NCBI GenBank assembly: GCA_032718475.1
Contig: JAUCBJ010000865.1
Span: 1-64,000 of the forward strand
DNA length: 64,000 bases
Origin: Nemertoderma westbladi
Lineage: Eukaryota; Animalia; Xenacoelomorpha
Direction of reading: 5' to 3'
Shown here: in pieces, positions 1 through 11,907 of the stretch
How the letters are laid out: each line of letters opens with the position of its first letter
How positions within the stretch are numbered: position 1 is the first letter of the stretch
Made by a program: the position numbers and the translations under genes
The notes under the pieces: model-generated
What the model saw: the letters and a program-made list of their open reading frames with translations, nothing else
Databases searched by the model: none
What the model was told of the DNA's origin: nothing

Positions 1-718
1 GCTTATTCACTCATGAGGCTGCCAAAGTACAAGATTATGCACTGGCTGGTCCTCACGGCGAAAGCAATGTCCTGCAAAGCGGAGGCGATTTTGTTCTAGT
101 GTCAAGCTTCGGGGAACCAATGAGACACCTACAATGTTATATAGTGTCTGGTTGGAGATGTGAGCATTGTACTTGACACAATGAACCCGGCGTAGCATTC
201 TTGTGAATGTGCCATCCAGAGATTTGGTGTCCTCAGCAGTTAGAGCCCAGCATGGACTCCCATTAAGGATTACTGGAACTACTGCTGCTCTAAATAATCG
301 GACCTTAAGTTTCCGATTAATTCTTGGTGACTTCCAAATCCTGGAAAGCCTATTCAAGGCTGCCCATGCCTTTCCCTTACGTTTTCGAAGGTACTCACCT
401 GACTTCCGGATCCATGATCCCAGGTAACAGAAGTCGTCCACATGCTCAAGCATACATTCCTTTGAGATTATGCTCATCCGATCAGAGACTTGCTGAGAAC
501 TTTCAAAGTTAACTGTCAAACTTTTGGTCTTTCTGGAGTTAATAAAAAGACCAACACTAGAAGTTCTAATGAGCTGAGGAGCCGTTGGGCTCCCTCTAGT
601 GATTCTGAGAGTACTCCTAAGTCATCAGCAAAGTCTAGATCAGTTAGGTACTTGGCAGGATTTCCTCGACTTCTGGAGCCAGTAGGTGGAGTTATCATCA
701 CCCCATCATCATCATCAT
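1..718 (-). mobile_element. RTE-type non-LTR retrotransposon fragment (C-terminal RT region, frameshifted, 5'-truncated, runs off the window edge)
   Basis: ORFs 516-731 and 7-519 encode LDFADDL (RT catalytic motif), FCYLGS, LFRAAVVPVIL and RLRFAGH. Close nucleotide similarity to the copy at 21387-22646. Confidence 0.85.
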
Positions 719-951
719 ACACCAAATACAATATTTACCAGTTGTTTCGGTTTAGGTGGATGGGCGTTGTTTGGGTTAGGAGGTTGGGCGTAGTTTTGGT
801 TAAGAGGTTGGGCGTTGTTTTGGAAAAGATTGTTTTGGTTAGGAGGTTGGGCGTTTTTGGTTAGTTACTTACAATTATTATTTAACAATCCACCTAATAG
901 TGTCTTTAAACAGATTCTCGCCAACTACGTGGCTCGCCCCACACCTGAAAC

Positions 952-1172
952 ATTGGAACTAAATTCGCTTGCATTGGAACTAAGTTCGCATCCATTGGAA
1001 CTAAATTCGCATCCATTGGAACTAAATTCGCATGCATTACAACTAAATTCGTTTTCGTTTTTCCCTAGTTATTGGAACTAAGTTCGCCTAAATTGGAACT
1101 AAATTCGCCAAAATTGGAACTAAATTCGCAACCATTGGAACTAAATTTGCATGAGGCTTTAATTGGAACTAA
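952..1172. repeat. Tandem repeat, about 20-21 bp unit (TTGGAACTAAATTCGC core)
   Basis: About 10 degenerate copies visible; it produces the spurious LELNSHP ORF. Confidence 0.85.
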
Positions 1173-1403
1173 GTACGGGGAATACGTATGACCTCATGTT
1201 TACTTCTCAAGCAGTACCCACTGAATCTTAATTTGCATTCACGGATGGTGGGAAGGGTAGTCTACCATCACTTCGTTTTAGTTTTAGTTTGATTTTAGTA
1301 ACTCTTTAGAATATTATTAATATTAATAATATTTTTAATATATTTCAATAGCAACCGTAAGGTAGCTTACCACCTATAGCAAATCAATCGGAAAGATGCA
1401 GGA

Positions 1404-1479
1404 GCCTCCGTGGTGTAGTGGTTAGCATTCATACCTGGACGTTTATCGGGAGACGCGGGTTCAATCCCCGCTGGTGGCG
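1404..1479 (+). ncRNA. tRNA-like sequence (tRNA-derived SINE head or tRNA pseudogene)
   Basis: A box TGGTGTAGTGG at 1411, B box GGTTCAATCC, imperfect acceptor stem GCCTCCG/TGGTGGC, downstream T-run. The anticodon arm is not canonical. Confidence 0.6.
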
Positions 1480-1751
1480 AATTCATTTTTTCCGCTCCAT
1501 TTGCTATAGAGTTGGATCATCCTTAGTCCTGTTTAATTACTTATTAATTTTTAATATCTATTATAAATTTTTCATCAAGTCCAGATGAGTTTTACGATTT
1601 TGCAAACTTGTTCAGGTGAATTGTAAAATATGTAGGGGCCTAAACTTGAACGGAAGAGTTGAAGGAACTGGAAGCCAAATTTCAAGAATCATAAATATTA
1701 CATTTCGTTTAATTTTTGCAGACAGACTTTCTAATCCGTAATAAAATAACA

Positions 1752-1967
1752 ATGGCGTCAAAGTTGATGATACTAATGGTTGCGTTTCTAGTCTGTCAAC
1801 TATTCCATTTCCAATATACAAGAGCCAACCCAATCGATGAAAATCGTCTTAAAGAGAGAGCCGATTATTATCTGTTTGCTAAAAAATCGGGCGCCTCTTT
1901 CGAAAGGAGAGAAGAAGGAGAATGCCCACCTTGGAAAGATGATGAGGATTATAACTGCAAAAAATAA
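1752..1967 (+). CDS. Small secreted peptide precursor (71 aa): signal peptide, propeptide, RR cleavage site, C-terminal EEGECPPWKDDEDYNC(KK)
   Basis: Hydrophobic N-terminus MASKLMILMVAFLVCQLF ending TRA|NPI; dibasic sites; clear paralog at 24660. A TTTTTGCAG acceptor-like site lies just upstream, suggesting a 5'UTR intron. Confidence 0.75.
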   Translation: MASKLMILMVAFLVCQLFHFQYTRANPIDENRLKERADYYLFAKKSGASFERREEGECPPWKDDEDYNCKK

Positions 1968-2697
1968 AATAATGCCACGGCATCGCGTCGCAGCTGGGAC
2001 TGTGTTTCTTCTGTGGCATACTATTCCATGTGTTTGACATTTTTTAATCGGTGTTTAATTTCTCATCCTTATAATGTATAACGCGAAAACAAATCGTGAT
2101 AATAATTTAAATCAAGATAACAGAGTTGCGTTGTAGAATTTCTGGTGGTGGGATCAATAATAATTTCTAAAAGTATATGTAATATTCATTAGAATGAATA
2201 ATAATAAGACTTGATGTCCAACGGCATACAATATGCTTTTTTTTATATTTATAAACCCTACTATAACATTGTATCAGAGCCGAAGAAGTTCACAAAATAC
2301 CAGTGCACTAATATTCGCGTTATGCCTTGAGAACGTGAAATACTTCTGGAATGCACCTGAACGCATATTTGTGTTGTTTTCAAATGAACTGAGACAAACC
2401 ACTTGAAAGGTATTAGGGGTTAGGGGTCACCAAACTTGTATTACCTGTACTGGAGCCTTTCTTATAAGTTTTACACTTATAGGGCCTTCGCAAAGCACGT
2501 GAAATTAACTTTTGTTAAGAGCCAACTCGAAAGAATTATAAGCAAAATGTAAGTTAAATAAAATAATAAAATCACGGATATATGAGAAGTTTGTAACGGC
2601 CGACTAGAGAACTGCAGACGGAATAGACTCCTTTGAAAGACACATATAACGACATAGTACATATTGTGACACAGAAGCTCAGGTACTCTGACCTTAA

Positions 2698-3070
2698 GCC
2701 CCGTTCACATCCAACGGTGCGTGAGCGGTAAAGTAGTCTGGCGGTATTAAATCGGTAAGCCAGCGGTACACTACTACCCGGAGCCCGTTCACCCCCAACG
2801 GTACCGTTGGGGGTGAACGGGCTCCGGGTAGTAACTCCGGTAACTGATTGTCTATCTGTCGACTGTGAATTCAACAATAAATTACATTAATTGTTTTAAC
2901 ATTGTTTAAATGGGCTGCGGTAGGCCTAAACCGCGCGGTTTAGCGCACAACTACCTTTTGGATCGTTCACAGTCAGCGGTGTACCGCTGGCCCTGCGGTA
3001 CTCTGCGCGGTGTACCGCTGGCCCTGCGGTACACCGCGCGGTGTACCGTTCCGTTGGATGTGAACGGGCC
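2698..3070. mobile_element. MITE with TIRs GCCCCGTTCACATCCAACGG / CCGTTGGATGTGAACGGGCC and TTAA flanks
   Basis: 20-bp imperfect TIRs, TTAA on both sides, internal palindromes. Superfamily uncertain (Kolobok- or Harbinger-like). Confidence 0.75.
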
Positions 3071-3942
3071 TTAAAGTAACAGCGGACCTATCGGCTAAGG
3101 TATACTAGAGTGAAACAGGAGGGAAGTACAAATACATAAATATGTAAATACATACATATAGTGCGGCCAGGTGATATTAATTAAATAATGCCGAACCGTG
3201 GGTGTTCAACCCACGGTGACGTGGTGCTTACTCAATTTTTCCATTCTGAACAAACCCAAAATATTACATCACATCATTAATTACATTTGCATTAACAGCT
3301 CAACTCCAATTTATTTCACTTACAGAATGATGTACCTATAAATTATATTGAACTCGAACAAAGTGGAGTTTTTTAAATAACAACAACTGTTTGGAGAAGA
3401 TCGATAACTATTATTCCAATTGCTCATTTAACCAATATTGCAGTTACACAAAGGGTTCGTAGCTGCAGGACTCAGTGATTCACTTGATTCACTAATGTAC
3501 ATCTCCAACTATTGTAGGTCTACATCTATAAAAGTATTGAAAGAAACTACCCAAGCCTGACATCTGTTGTAGAGGCTTACAAACAAAGAGTATTACTAAA
3601 GTCTAATGTTTCATAAAGGAAATCAATAATTATCTTCATAGAATTATGTTTAGTAACTCCCCCCCCCCCCCCCCTCAGTTATATTTGAGACATTTTTATA
3701 AACATTCGTTTAATTTTGTCTTTGACGCGGATGAGATCGTAGCAGTTTTACATAATATTTTTGTAATTTCATTAATAATATATTTTATTATTTATTATAA
3801 CATTGTAATTAAATGAATGACGTTTAGTTCAAAATTTTACCGGCGATATGTAAGGATACCAATTACCGATTTTACAATGTAAATAAGACAATATGACAAT
3901 GCTCTATAGCGAAAAATATCAACCGGCCCTATTGGGGCTCGT

Positions 3943-3986
3943 ACCCGGTACCTAGGTTTCAAACTTCTGGTTATCATCAGCTGGGT
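3943..3986 (-). ncRNA. Minimal type I hammerhead ribozyme (degenerate)
   Basis: Minus strand reads ACCCAG-CUGAUGA-UAAC cagaa GUUU-GAAA-CCUAGG-UA-CCGGGU. The core is intact, helix III is palindromic and helix II is weak. Confidence 0.6.
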
Positions 3987-4100
3987 GAGTGTACTGAGCT
4001 ACCTGGCCGGATGAATATTTCGCTATGGAGTGGGAGATCATATTTAGGCCAAATATACATATAACGAAATATTCATCCGATCTGGTAGCTCAGTACACTC

Positions 4101-4144
4101 ACCCGGCCGATGATAACCAAAAGTTTGAAACCTAGGTACCGGGT
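4101..4144 (+). ncRNA. Minimal type I hammerhead ribozyme (degenerate, CCGAUGA core variant)
   Basis: ACCCGG-CCGAUGA-UAAC caaaa GUUU-GAAA-CCUAGG-UA-CCGGGU, with a perfect 6-bp helix I. It lies between A box TGGTAGCTCAG and B box GGTTCGAGCC. Confidence 0.55.
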
Positions 4145-6168
4145 TCGAGCCTCAATAGGGCCGGTTGATATTTTTCGCTATGGAGAGCATTATCATATTG
4201 TTTTATTTACATTGTATATTTAATACACCGCGTCACTCACCCCACAACAATTCACTTATTATTATTAATTACCGATTTTGTTTTAACTTAAATTTTATCA
4301 TGTGATCACCCTCCAATAGTCCAAACATTCATAAACATATGAGTCCGGGCTAGGGAATTGACCCCCGCCCCCAAAGCAACTGCGCAAATTGAAGAACAAC
4401 AACGTTTACGATGTGTTTATTACACTATAATGGGATAAACAGTAAAAGCATAAGAAGGGGGAAATGGTAGATAAGAGAATTAATGTCTCGTCTCATGTTA
4501 AATTATTAATTCAAGGTAAGGAACAGATTACAGTGGCGCGTTAATCTAATTAAAACAAAAAAACTAAAGTCAATATAAGTTTACCGTTTATTTTTTGGAT
4601 TGGGAGTAATCTACTGTTATTTGCGTCGATTTTCCCCTGTACAGTAGAGGGAACCCTAGACCCCTGCACAGTACCGCTATGTACTGTAGAGGGAAGAATA
4701 TTGATTGCAGAGCGAATGTCCAATTGGGAATGAGCGAGTGGAAATTTCATCAGGGGAAAATACCTTTCTCTAATATAGTTAAAAACTCATACAAAATTCA
4801 TACATAAAACTTAATTGACTTACCATCTCAATCTATGAAAAATATCAAGATAAACAAAATGAAAAAAAAAACAGGAATATTTCCAAAACTAAAAATAGTT
4901 TATCATAGTATATTAGTGAACATAAATCTAAATAAAACGAAATCGTAAAATATCCATAACGATTGCGATTATGGCCATACAAATTTCGGATTAACGGTAC
5001 CTACAGTACACTATAATACAGTAACTATAGATCATTAAAATTAGCCTACATACATGCAGTGTACGGGTACCGTGGTGTTTTTTAAATAGTTTCATTCCAA
5101 AATTATTGGCCCCGCAACGATTAATCACGCAAATTATCAGCAGATGCTATAGTGATAGTCTGACTGTTTCAATATACAGTAGGTTAGGGTTCACTGTCCA
5201 GTTTTTAAGTGATTAATTAAAAGAAATAAAGTTTCATATTATTAAAACTTTTTAAAGTAAAACTATACGGCATCATTTCGTCCTACTGGACTAAAGAGTT
5301 TATACCTGTGGCTGACAAGGATGCAGGACAATTCGGTCCCGGACAATTCGGTCCGGACAATTCGGTCCCGCACAATTCGGTCCCGCACAATTCGGTCCCG
5401 CACAATTCGGTCCCGCACAATTCGGTCCCGCACAATTCGGTCCCGGACAATTCGGTCCCGCACAATTCGGTCCCGCACAATTCCGTCCCGGACAATTCGG
5501 TCCCGCACAATTCGGTCCCGCACAATTCGGTCCCGCACAATTCGGTCCCACTAATTTTGTGTTTTGGGACCGAATTTTCCGGGACCGAATCGTCCGGATA
5601 CTGACAAGGACAATTCGGTCCCAAAACATACATATTAATGGGACCGAATTCTCCGGGACCGAATTGTCCGGGACCGAATTGTCCGGGACCTAATTGTCCG
5701 GGGCCGAATTGTCCGGGACCAAATTGTCCAGGACCAAATTTAATTGATACTATATAATGGTGAATGTTTTAGAACCTTAATAGATATTATTATATGGTAG
5801 CTAGTGTTTTTTTTACTAGCTACTATTTTTTTGAAAATAAAAAAATTTTACTTTTTTTTGTTAACATTATTAGTTATGGTAGCTATGGTGTTTTTATGGA
5901 GCTTGTGAATTATTTACTAGCTAGTAATAGTATGTATTTAAAATTTTAAAACTGATTTTTTTTATATATTGCGTATGTATGTGTTGTTTGTTGGTTAACA
6001 AGCCTAAATTTTTATCCTAGATAATAGCTGGATCTCATTCAGGGACTGTTATAATACAGTATCATCAATATTTTTGATTATTGATAGTAAGAATGTGTTG
6101 GCAAGCTGTATTTTTCGAGGTGTTTGTTATCTCGGCTTCCGCCTCGAGGTCCCAGGTTCGAATCCGAC

Positions 6169-6211
6169 ACCACGCTGATGAGACCCAGTAAGGTCGAAAC
6201 GCGTACGTGGT
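6169..6211 (+). ncRNA. Minimal type I hammerhead ribozyme, copy 1
   Basis: ACCACG-CUGAUGA-GACC cagtaa GGUC-GAAA-CGCG-UA-CGUGGU: perfect helices I and II, palindromic ACGCGU helix III, predicted GUA cleavage after 6205. Confidence 0.85.
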
Positions 6212-6517
6212 TTGGAGAGATATGAGATATTAATTTCAAGAAAAATTACGCGATTCCTAAATTTGTACACTACCCGGTTAAAAAAGTACGCATGTGATGG
6301 GATTAGTCCTACAATTGCGCCAATAAAAGATAAGTTATTTTCGGTAAAATAAACTTATCATTCGAGGTTAAGACCCCTAGATCCCTTCCTATAATAAATG
6401 TATAATAACAAACACCTCGAAAAATACAGCTTGCCAACACATTCTTACTATCAATAATCAAAAATCAGGGGCTAATAAAATGGCAGCTGTCTTTGAAATT
6501 AATTCTCCATATCTCAA

Positions 6518-6585
6518 GAACCTGTGGCCTAGTGGTTGTAGTCTCGGCTTCCGCCTCGAGGTCCCAGGTTCGAATCCGACACCAC
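6518..6585 (+). ncRNA. tRNA-like Pol III promoter unit directly upstream of, and overlapping, the hammerhead (second copy 6938-7005)
   Basis: A box TGGCCTAGTGG, B box GGTTCGAATCC, TCC triplet in the anticodon-like loop; the acceptor stem does not pair. Confidence 0.65.
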
Positions 6586-6623
6586 GCTGATGAGACCCAG
6601 TAAGGTCGAAACGCGTACGTGGT
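6581..6623 (+). ncRNA. Minimal type I hammerhead ribozyme, copy 2
   Basis: Identical to 6169-6211. Confidence 0.85.
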
Positions 6624-7000
6624 TTGGAGAGATATGAGATATTAATTTCAAGAAAAATTACGCGATTCCTAAATTTGTACACTACCCGGTTAAAAAAAAA
6701 AAAAAGTACGCATGTGATGGGATTAGTCCTACAATTGCGCCAATAAAAGATAAGTTATTTTCGGTAAAATAAACTTATCATTCGAGGTTAAGACCCCTAG
6801 ATCCCTTCCTATAATAAATGTATAATAACAAACACCTCGAAAAATACAGCTTGCCAACACATTCTTACTATCAATAATCAAAAATCAGGGGCTAATAAAA
6901 TGGCAGCTGTCTTTGAAATTAATTCTCCATATCTCAAGAACCTGTGGCCTAGTGGTTGTAGTCTCGGCTTCCGCCTCGAGGTCCCAGGTTCGAATCCGAC

Positions 7001-7043
7001 ACCACGCTGATGAGACCCAGTAAGGTCGAAACGCGTACGTGGT
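7001..7043 (+). ncRNA. Minimal type I hammerhead ribozyme, copy 3
   Basis: Identical to 6169-6211. Confidence 0.85.
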
Positions 7044-9741
7044 TTGGAGAGATATGAGATATTAATTTCAAGAAAAATTACGCGATTCCTAAATTTGTAC
7101 ACTACCCGGTTAAAAAAGTACGCATGTGATGGGATTAGTCCTACAATTGCGCCAATAAAAGATAAGTTATTTTCGGTAAAATAAACTTATCATTCGAGGT
7201 TAAGACCCCTAGATCCCTTCCTATAATAAATCAATATTTTTGGTACTTAATATAATCTGCAACAGTTTAGGCCTAATTCTGAAATATCAATGTTTTCACA
7301 AGTTTTTTTATAATTTCAAGAAAATTCTAGCTAGTAAAAAAAAACTAGCTACCATAAAAAAATATCTCTACTAATATTCTAGAACATTCACCAATATTAA
7401 AAACGCACTCAAAAGTTGCTATCAGGAACCGGACAATTCGGTCCTACGACAATTAGCTCCCGGACAATTCGGTCCCATTTATTTAGTGTTTTGTGCGAAC
7501 CGAATTGTCCGGACCGAATTGTCAGGGACCGAATTGTCCGGGACCGAATTGTCCTTCATCCAGCTGACAAGCAGCCTGGCTTTGTTTCTGAGAATGCTGG
7601 TGATCCACGATAAAAGGCCAGATAGTGACGCACATTGATCGCAAGTGGGAAAAGTGATCATCATTGGTCATATTTAAAACATAGTTTTGTTTATTGTTTT
7701 GGTTAGCACACACCGACATTGTAAACTTACTCCTTTCCTTTAATGTTTTAAATTAAATTAAATTTGTAGGCAATAGTTGGTGTTTGCGGTACATTTAAGC
7801 TATTAACAATAAAAGGCAAGCTGATCCAACATACTGTAATATAATAATATAATATTATTATTATGCATGTATAGAATTGTAAGGTAAATATTATAATTAC
7901 CTAAACTGACAGTGTAAATTAGTTTTCAATAAACCATTAGAAATTTGGCAACCAACATAGCACAGACGTGGCTTATTGAAGATCTAAATCCCCCCCATAA
8001 GGTAAGTCCTACTGTAGTACATGGTGTACGTCAATGAAGTGAAAAAGTCCCTATTGTATTGTGGGTAAAGGATTGGTTTCATATAATCTTATCTGCCTAG
8101 CATACATAGTTGGTCCCTCGTGTAAGCAGATCCCGTCGGTACTGGATACCCTGCTAACGATTCTCTATGGTTTAATCTACCACTACTGGACCCTGTACCA
8201 CCTTGTCTGTGGCTCGCCTACACCCAGTTCTCGGTCAGGGGTCCTACTTTCGGGACAGAATCCCAGTCGAGGGTTTAACATGGATAACAGGGGAGTTCGG
8301 TGAAATATATGAATTTATTTTTACGAAATATAGTGGGTCCAATAAATATAGCATCTCAAGTACAGTACGTCGAGGATAGTGTAATAAATTAAAGAATAAC
8401 CAATAATATCAAGTCCACGTAAAGGGACATATGGTCGCCAAGAGAGGTAAGGTTTGATGTACCGGTACTGTTAAGTAAACACATGGAGATAATAATTGAA
8501 TGATAAACCACCAGTTATATAGTGATACAGTAGATCCAATATCTATGTTTATTGTTAATTTTCGCATATTGCTACGGAAACTAGCTAAAATTATAATCGT
8601 ATAATTTTAAAAAAATGTTCTATAATTGTTGTATTATACCATTTTTTCCTAAAATTATACTCTTTTCTTAGAAATTGCTCTGTTACGGGATTCTAGAAAT
8701 TATATGTTGCAGTATATTCATATAATTTTATGTATCTGTGTATTATCCTATGGTACACCAATATACTAAACTTGCTACGGTTTATTTCAATAATATACTA
8801 TAGCTAAATATTTCACATTAAGCAAAATGACCATCTCAATATGATTGACAGATTGGCACTTTAAATTCTACTCCAGTATTCGTAAGAATTATAACTCTTA
8901 TTACAAACTGACCTCACCAAAAGCCATGCGAGTATCATTAAATTAGATAGAAACGGCATAAAAATATCTTAAGATCTTTTCGTTGTTTGCCATCTTATAA
9001 ATTTCATTAAATTTTACGGGGGGGGGGGGGGGGGGGGGGGGGGTACTAGTGTAACAAGTGTCACTATTATTCTGCCTTTGTACTGTATAGCTGTTTTGGC
9101 TGTTGATTTATGTTCTGGAACATATTTCCGACTCGGTACATGTTTAATTTTTATGGTAGCTAGTGTTTTCAATGGTAGTTAGTGTATTCATAACAATGGT
9201 ACAGTAGCTAGTGTTTTTAAAAATACCAACATATCGTATTATTATTATGAATATCCATATTAAATTTGGTTTATCTTTATTTATTTATCAGAGAAAAGAG
9301 CCTAGTATTGAAGAAAATAAAATAACGTTATTTCTGCAACAATTTATTAAATAGATAATGAAAAAAATCTACAGTAGTTGCACAGATTCGGTCGTCCTTA
9401 CGACTCATTTCCAGTATAGACCCCACAGAACTATACTCCTTACAGGCAAAGAGATATCTGGTGCCGGTACTCATTTAACGACCATTTAATTAACAAAGCA
9501 AATATGCGAGCGCCCTGGTTTGGTTAGTCCCTTTAAAGCATTTGTGCCAAAACGAAAACTACCCTGGCCCGCCTGCAGGGGTAGAACCCCACGACCTCTG
9601 GAGCGATATTAATTCAAGGAAATGGGTTTAAATGCTACGCAGGGCTTGGAAAAATTGAATATGCGTGTTTGTATTAGAACACGATCCTTAAAAATACAAA
9701 GTAAGCTGTCATGTTGTTCGTTCAATATGCTCAAATTAACA

Positions 9742-9991
9742 ATAAACACAATATTGCAATGTTCTAGAGTTAATATACGGAAATAAAAACCTTCAGCGAA
9801 TAAAACTGTAATAATCACTTCTGCCTTATCCTTCAGCAAATTACCCTAATATAATAACCTCGGCCTGCGGCCTCGGTAATTATACAGGTTAATTTGCTTC
9901 TGGAACGGCATCAGTGATTATTCAGTTTTATTCGCTTCAGGTTATTATTTCCGTATATTAACTCTAGAACATTGCAATATTGTATGTTTAT
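9742..9991. repeat. Palindromic MITE-like element (about 110-bp imperfect arms around CCTCGGCCTGCGGCCTCGG)
   Basis: CAATATTGCAATGTTCTAGAGTTAATATACGGAAATAA is mirrored by TTATTTCCGTATATTAACTCTAGAACATTGCAATATTG. Confidence 0.7.
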
Positions 9992-10705
9992 AACATCTAA
10001 TAATACAATACAATAATGTGTTCCAATATCTCCACCTCGTCACGCTGTTACAAAATGCCTTGGAGCTATAGGGGCCTTTATCAATGAAATTTCTGGCCTC
10101 AACTTCTACCATACAGTAACATATTGCACATCCTCGATGATCCTAATCCTCGATCATCTAATCCTCGATGAAATCTAAACAAAATTGGTAGGGTGAGTGA
10201 GGGAGACTTGAACCCCAAAAGTTATAATCGCTCTAAAGAACAGATAAATAAATTTTTCAATGCCGTTTTAACTTTTTCACATTACATTTATGATTCTATA
10301 ATTATGTGAGAGTTTGAGAATTTCAACTCTTAAACTTTTTTAATTAAACCAATTATTCGTATTTTCGAAAAAGCGTCAAGTCTCCCTCAATGGGGGGAGA
10401 CTTGAACCCCACCCCGCTTACTTGTAAATTCGTTCAAAAATGCAGAAGAAGTGTAATAATTACATGTTCAACATGTCTATTTTCTAGAATAGAATCAAAA
10501 TTTTAAAAAATGCGATTGTTAAATTGTTAAATTATTATCCAAAATTTTATACAAATTTAGGTGGTCGTTCACATGGTTCTCCCAATAAGAACTGAATAAA
10601 TAATAGTTCATCAAAACCGCATTAAAATTTAACGCGGGAAGGTACTTTTTATTAATGAATATCTTGTATAATTTTCAATCCAGGCACATATTAATTGTTT
10701 TCCTA

Positions 10706-10900
10706 TGGGGTGAGCCTTAGCGTAGGGGTACCATTAATCAACCTGTCGTTCTGTCGTTCTGTCGCGTTTTTTTTTCAGTATTTTATTTTAAACGTTAATA
10801 ACTCGGCCAATCCTTGATGAAATCTATCCAAACTTGGTACACATGTTGTTTGGCAAAAGTTTGAAAATTTTCCAAGTAGAATTTGCGTGGGGCCTTCGTG
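10706..10900 (+). repeat. Dispersed short repeat family (HINE/DINE-like); further copy about 24295-24500 (-) and split copy about 10140-10190 plus 12974-13035
   Basis: Shared TTAATAACTCGGCCAA...GATGAAATCTA...AAACTTGGTACACATGTTGTTTGGCAAAAGTT, CTGTCGTT microrepeat and GGGGCCTTCG end. Family assignment is inferred. Confidence 0.5.
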
Positions 10901-11565
10901 CAGCATCATCAGTGTAACTGTTATTGCAGTTATAATAAATTTATTTATCCAAATTTAAAATGCGTTAAATTATTATTACTGTAGGATAAATCAGCTGGGT
11001 TTCTGACAAATTTTGCAATACATTGGGGCTGTCTGCCAATCTGCATGTACCATGTGTACCGGTACTGTCAGGCAGTACTCAATCCCTGAATCGAGAATCC
11101 TGCAATCAGTCAATACTGCAATACTGGTCAGCCGGTACCATACACTGCAGACATGCCATATCATGTAATCTAATTAAACATGGCCCCGGCAACCCTTGCG
11201 GTGATTATAGTTTAGGCCTAATTAGCCCAGTACCGGCACCGGTAATAATAATATAATAGTTTAGATAGTTACCGCTAATCATTCAGTCATTGGCACGGTA
11301 CACCGTATTGCTGTACTGCCGTTGTAGTGCGCACCGTAGGTACCACCCTACTACCGGTACCGGCTGACCGGTGACACTTCAGCACTTACACAGCAACAGC
11401 ACTACCGGCGATACACAGGTTGGAATTTATGTAGAGTTTGCTCAACAGTACAGATATAAAATAGTTATCTAAATTATATATATTACTATTGACAAGTATT
11501 GAAATATATACCGTTATTCGTGTTATCAGTATTTGCAACATCTGACATTGAAGAGGTGAGAGAAG

Positions 11566-11907
11566 ATGAATACCGGCACTCAACAAAACCAACGCTTATC
11601 ACAGGTCGGTATGGTTACCTCGAAACCGGCGCGACTGTCCACTCGAATACAACTTCAAAACACAAACGCCAACAATAAACTGAAAGCGAATCGAACGTCT
11701 TCAGAAGAATCTGTCATTGGGACGAAGAAAAGGAAGCCGAAGCCACGGGAATGGACCACAGCTAAGATTGAATGCTCCCATTGTCAGAGTTCCTGGACCG
11801 AAATTGAAACACCAATTGCCGATGGGCTTGATCTCTCAAACCAAAACTTCCTCTGCGGGGTTTGCGTGGCAGTAAAGATTGAAAGTCTGGAAGCTGGCAT
11901 CCCTAGG
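11566..11907 (+). pseudogene. Fragment encoding a PHD-like Cys motif (CSHC...W...FLCGVC), probably the N-terminus of a LINE ORF1
   Basis: Basic N-terminus followed by CxxC...CxxC, then an abrupt change to AT-rich sequence. Confidence 0.35.

Larger units (their letters stand above)
3874..4266 (+). mobile_element. Short retroposed element with 5' inverted duplication; each arm is a tRNA-like A/B-box unit containing a hammerhead-like core (Penelope-type non-autonomous element)
   Basis: About 155-bp inverted arms (3873-4028 vs about 4060-4216), (ATT)n tail, 13-bp TSD AATTACCGATTTT at 3861-3873 and 4267-4279. Confidence 0.7.
6077..7229 (+). mobile_element. Retrozyme/Penelope-like tandem array (about 2.65 x 412-420 bp) with a 5' inversion, inserted into the foldback element
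   Basis: Units start at 6131, 6543 and 6963. 6071-6130 is the reverse complement of about 6405-6465. TSD ATCAATATTTTTG at 6064-6076 and 7230-7242; the empty site is present in the sister foldback copy at 14831-14843. Confidence 0.8.
5319..7561. mobile_element. Foldback/Mutator-like non-autonomous DNA transposon with arrays of the 15-bp unit GGACAATTCGGTCCC
   Basis: Termini GGATGCAGGACAATTCGG and CCGAATTGTCCTTCATCC; 9-bp TSD ggctgacaa/agctgacaa (8/9 match); second family copy at about 14138-15340. Confidence 0.8.

Noticed and set aside
1404-1479. Functional tRNA gene
   Set aside because: Mismatched acceptor stem and no canonical 7-nt anticodon loop; kept only as tRNA-like.
5268-5298. Minus-strand GTCC-agta-GGAC-GAAA hammerhead-like helix II
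   Set aside because: The CUGANGA box is absent; at most a decayed remnant.
5263-5740. Repetitive ORFs (RDRIV/GTELC/GPNCA) and a CRISPR-like look of the 15-bp arrays (also 14109-14490)
   Set aside because: Head-to-tail repeats with no unique spacers, open in several frames on both strands; they are foldback transposon termini.
6458-7102. Duplicated 74-aa minus-strand ORFs
   Set aside because: Antisense by-product of the tandem tRNA-hammerhead units; non-ATG start and no protein features.
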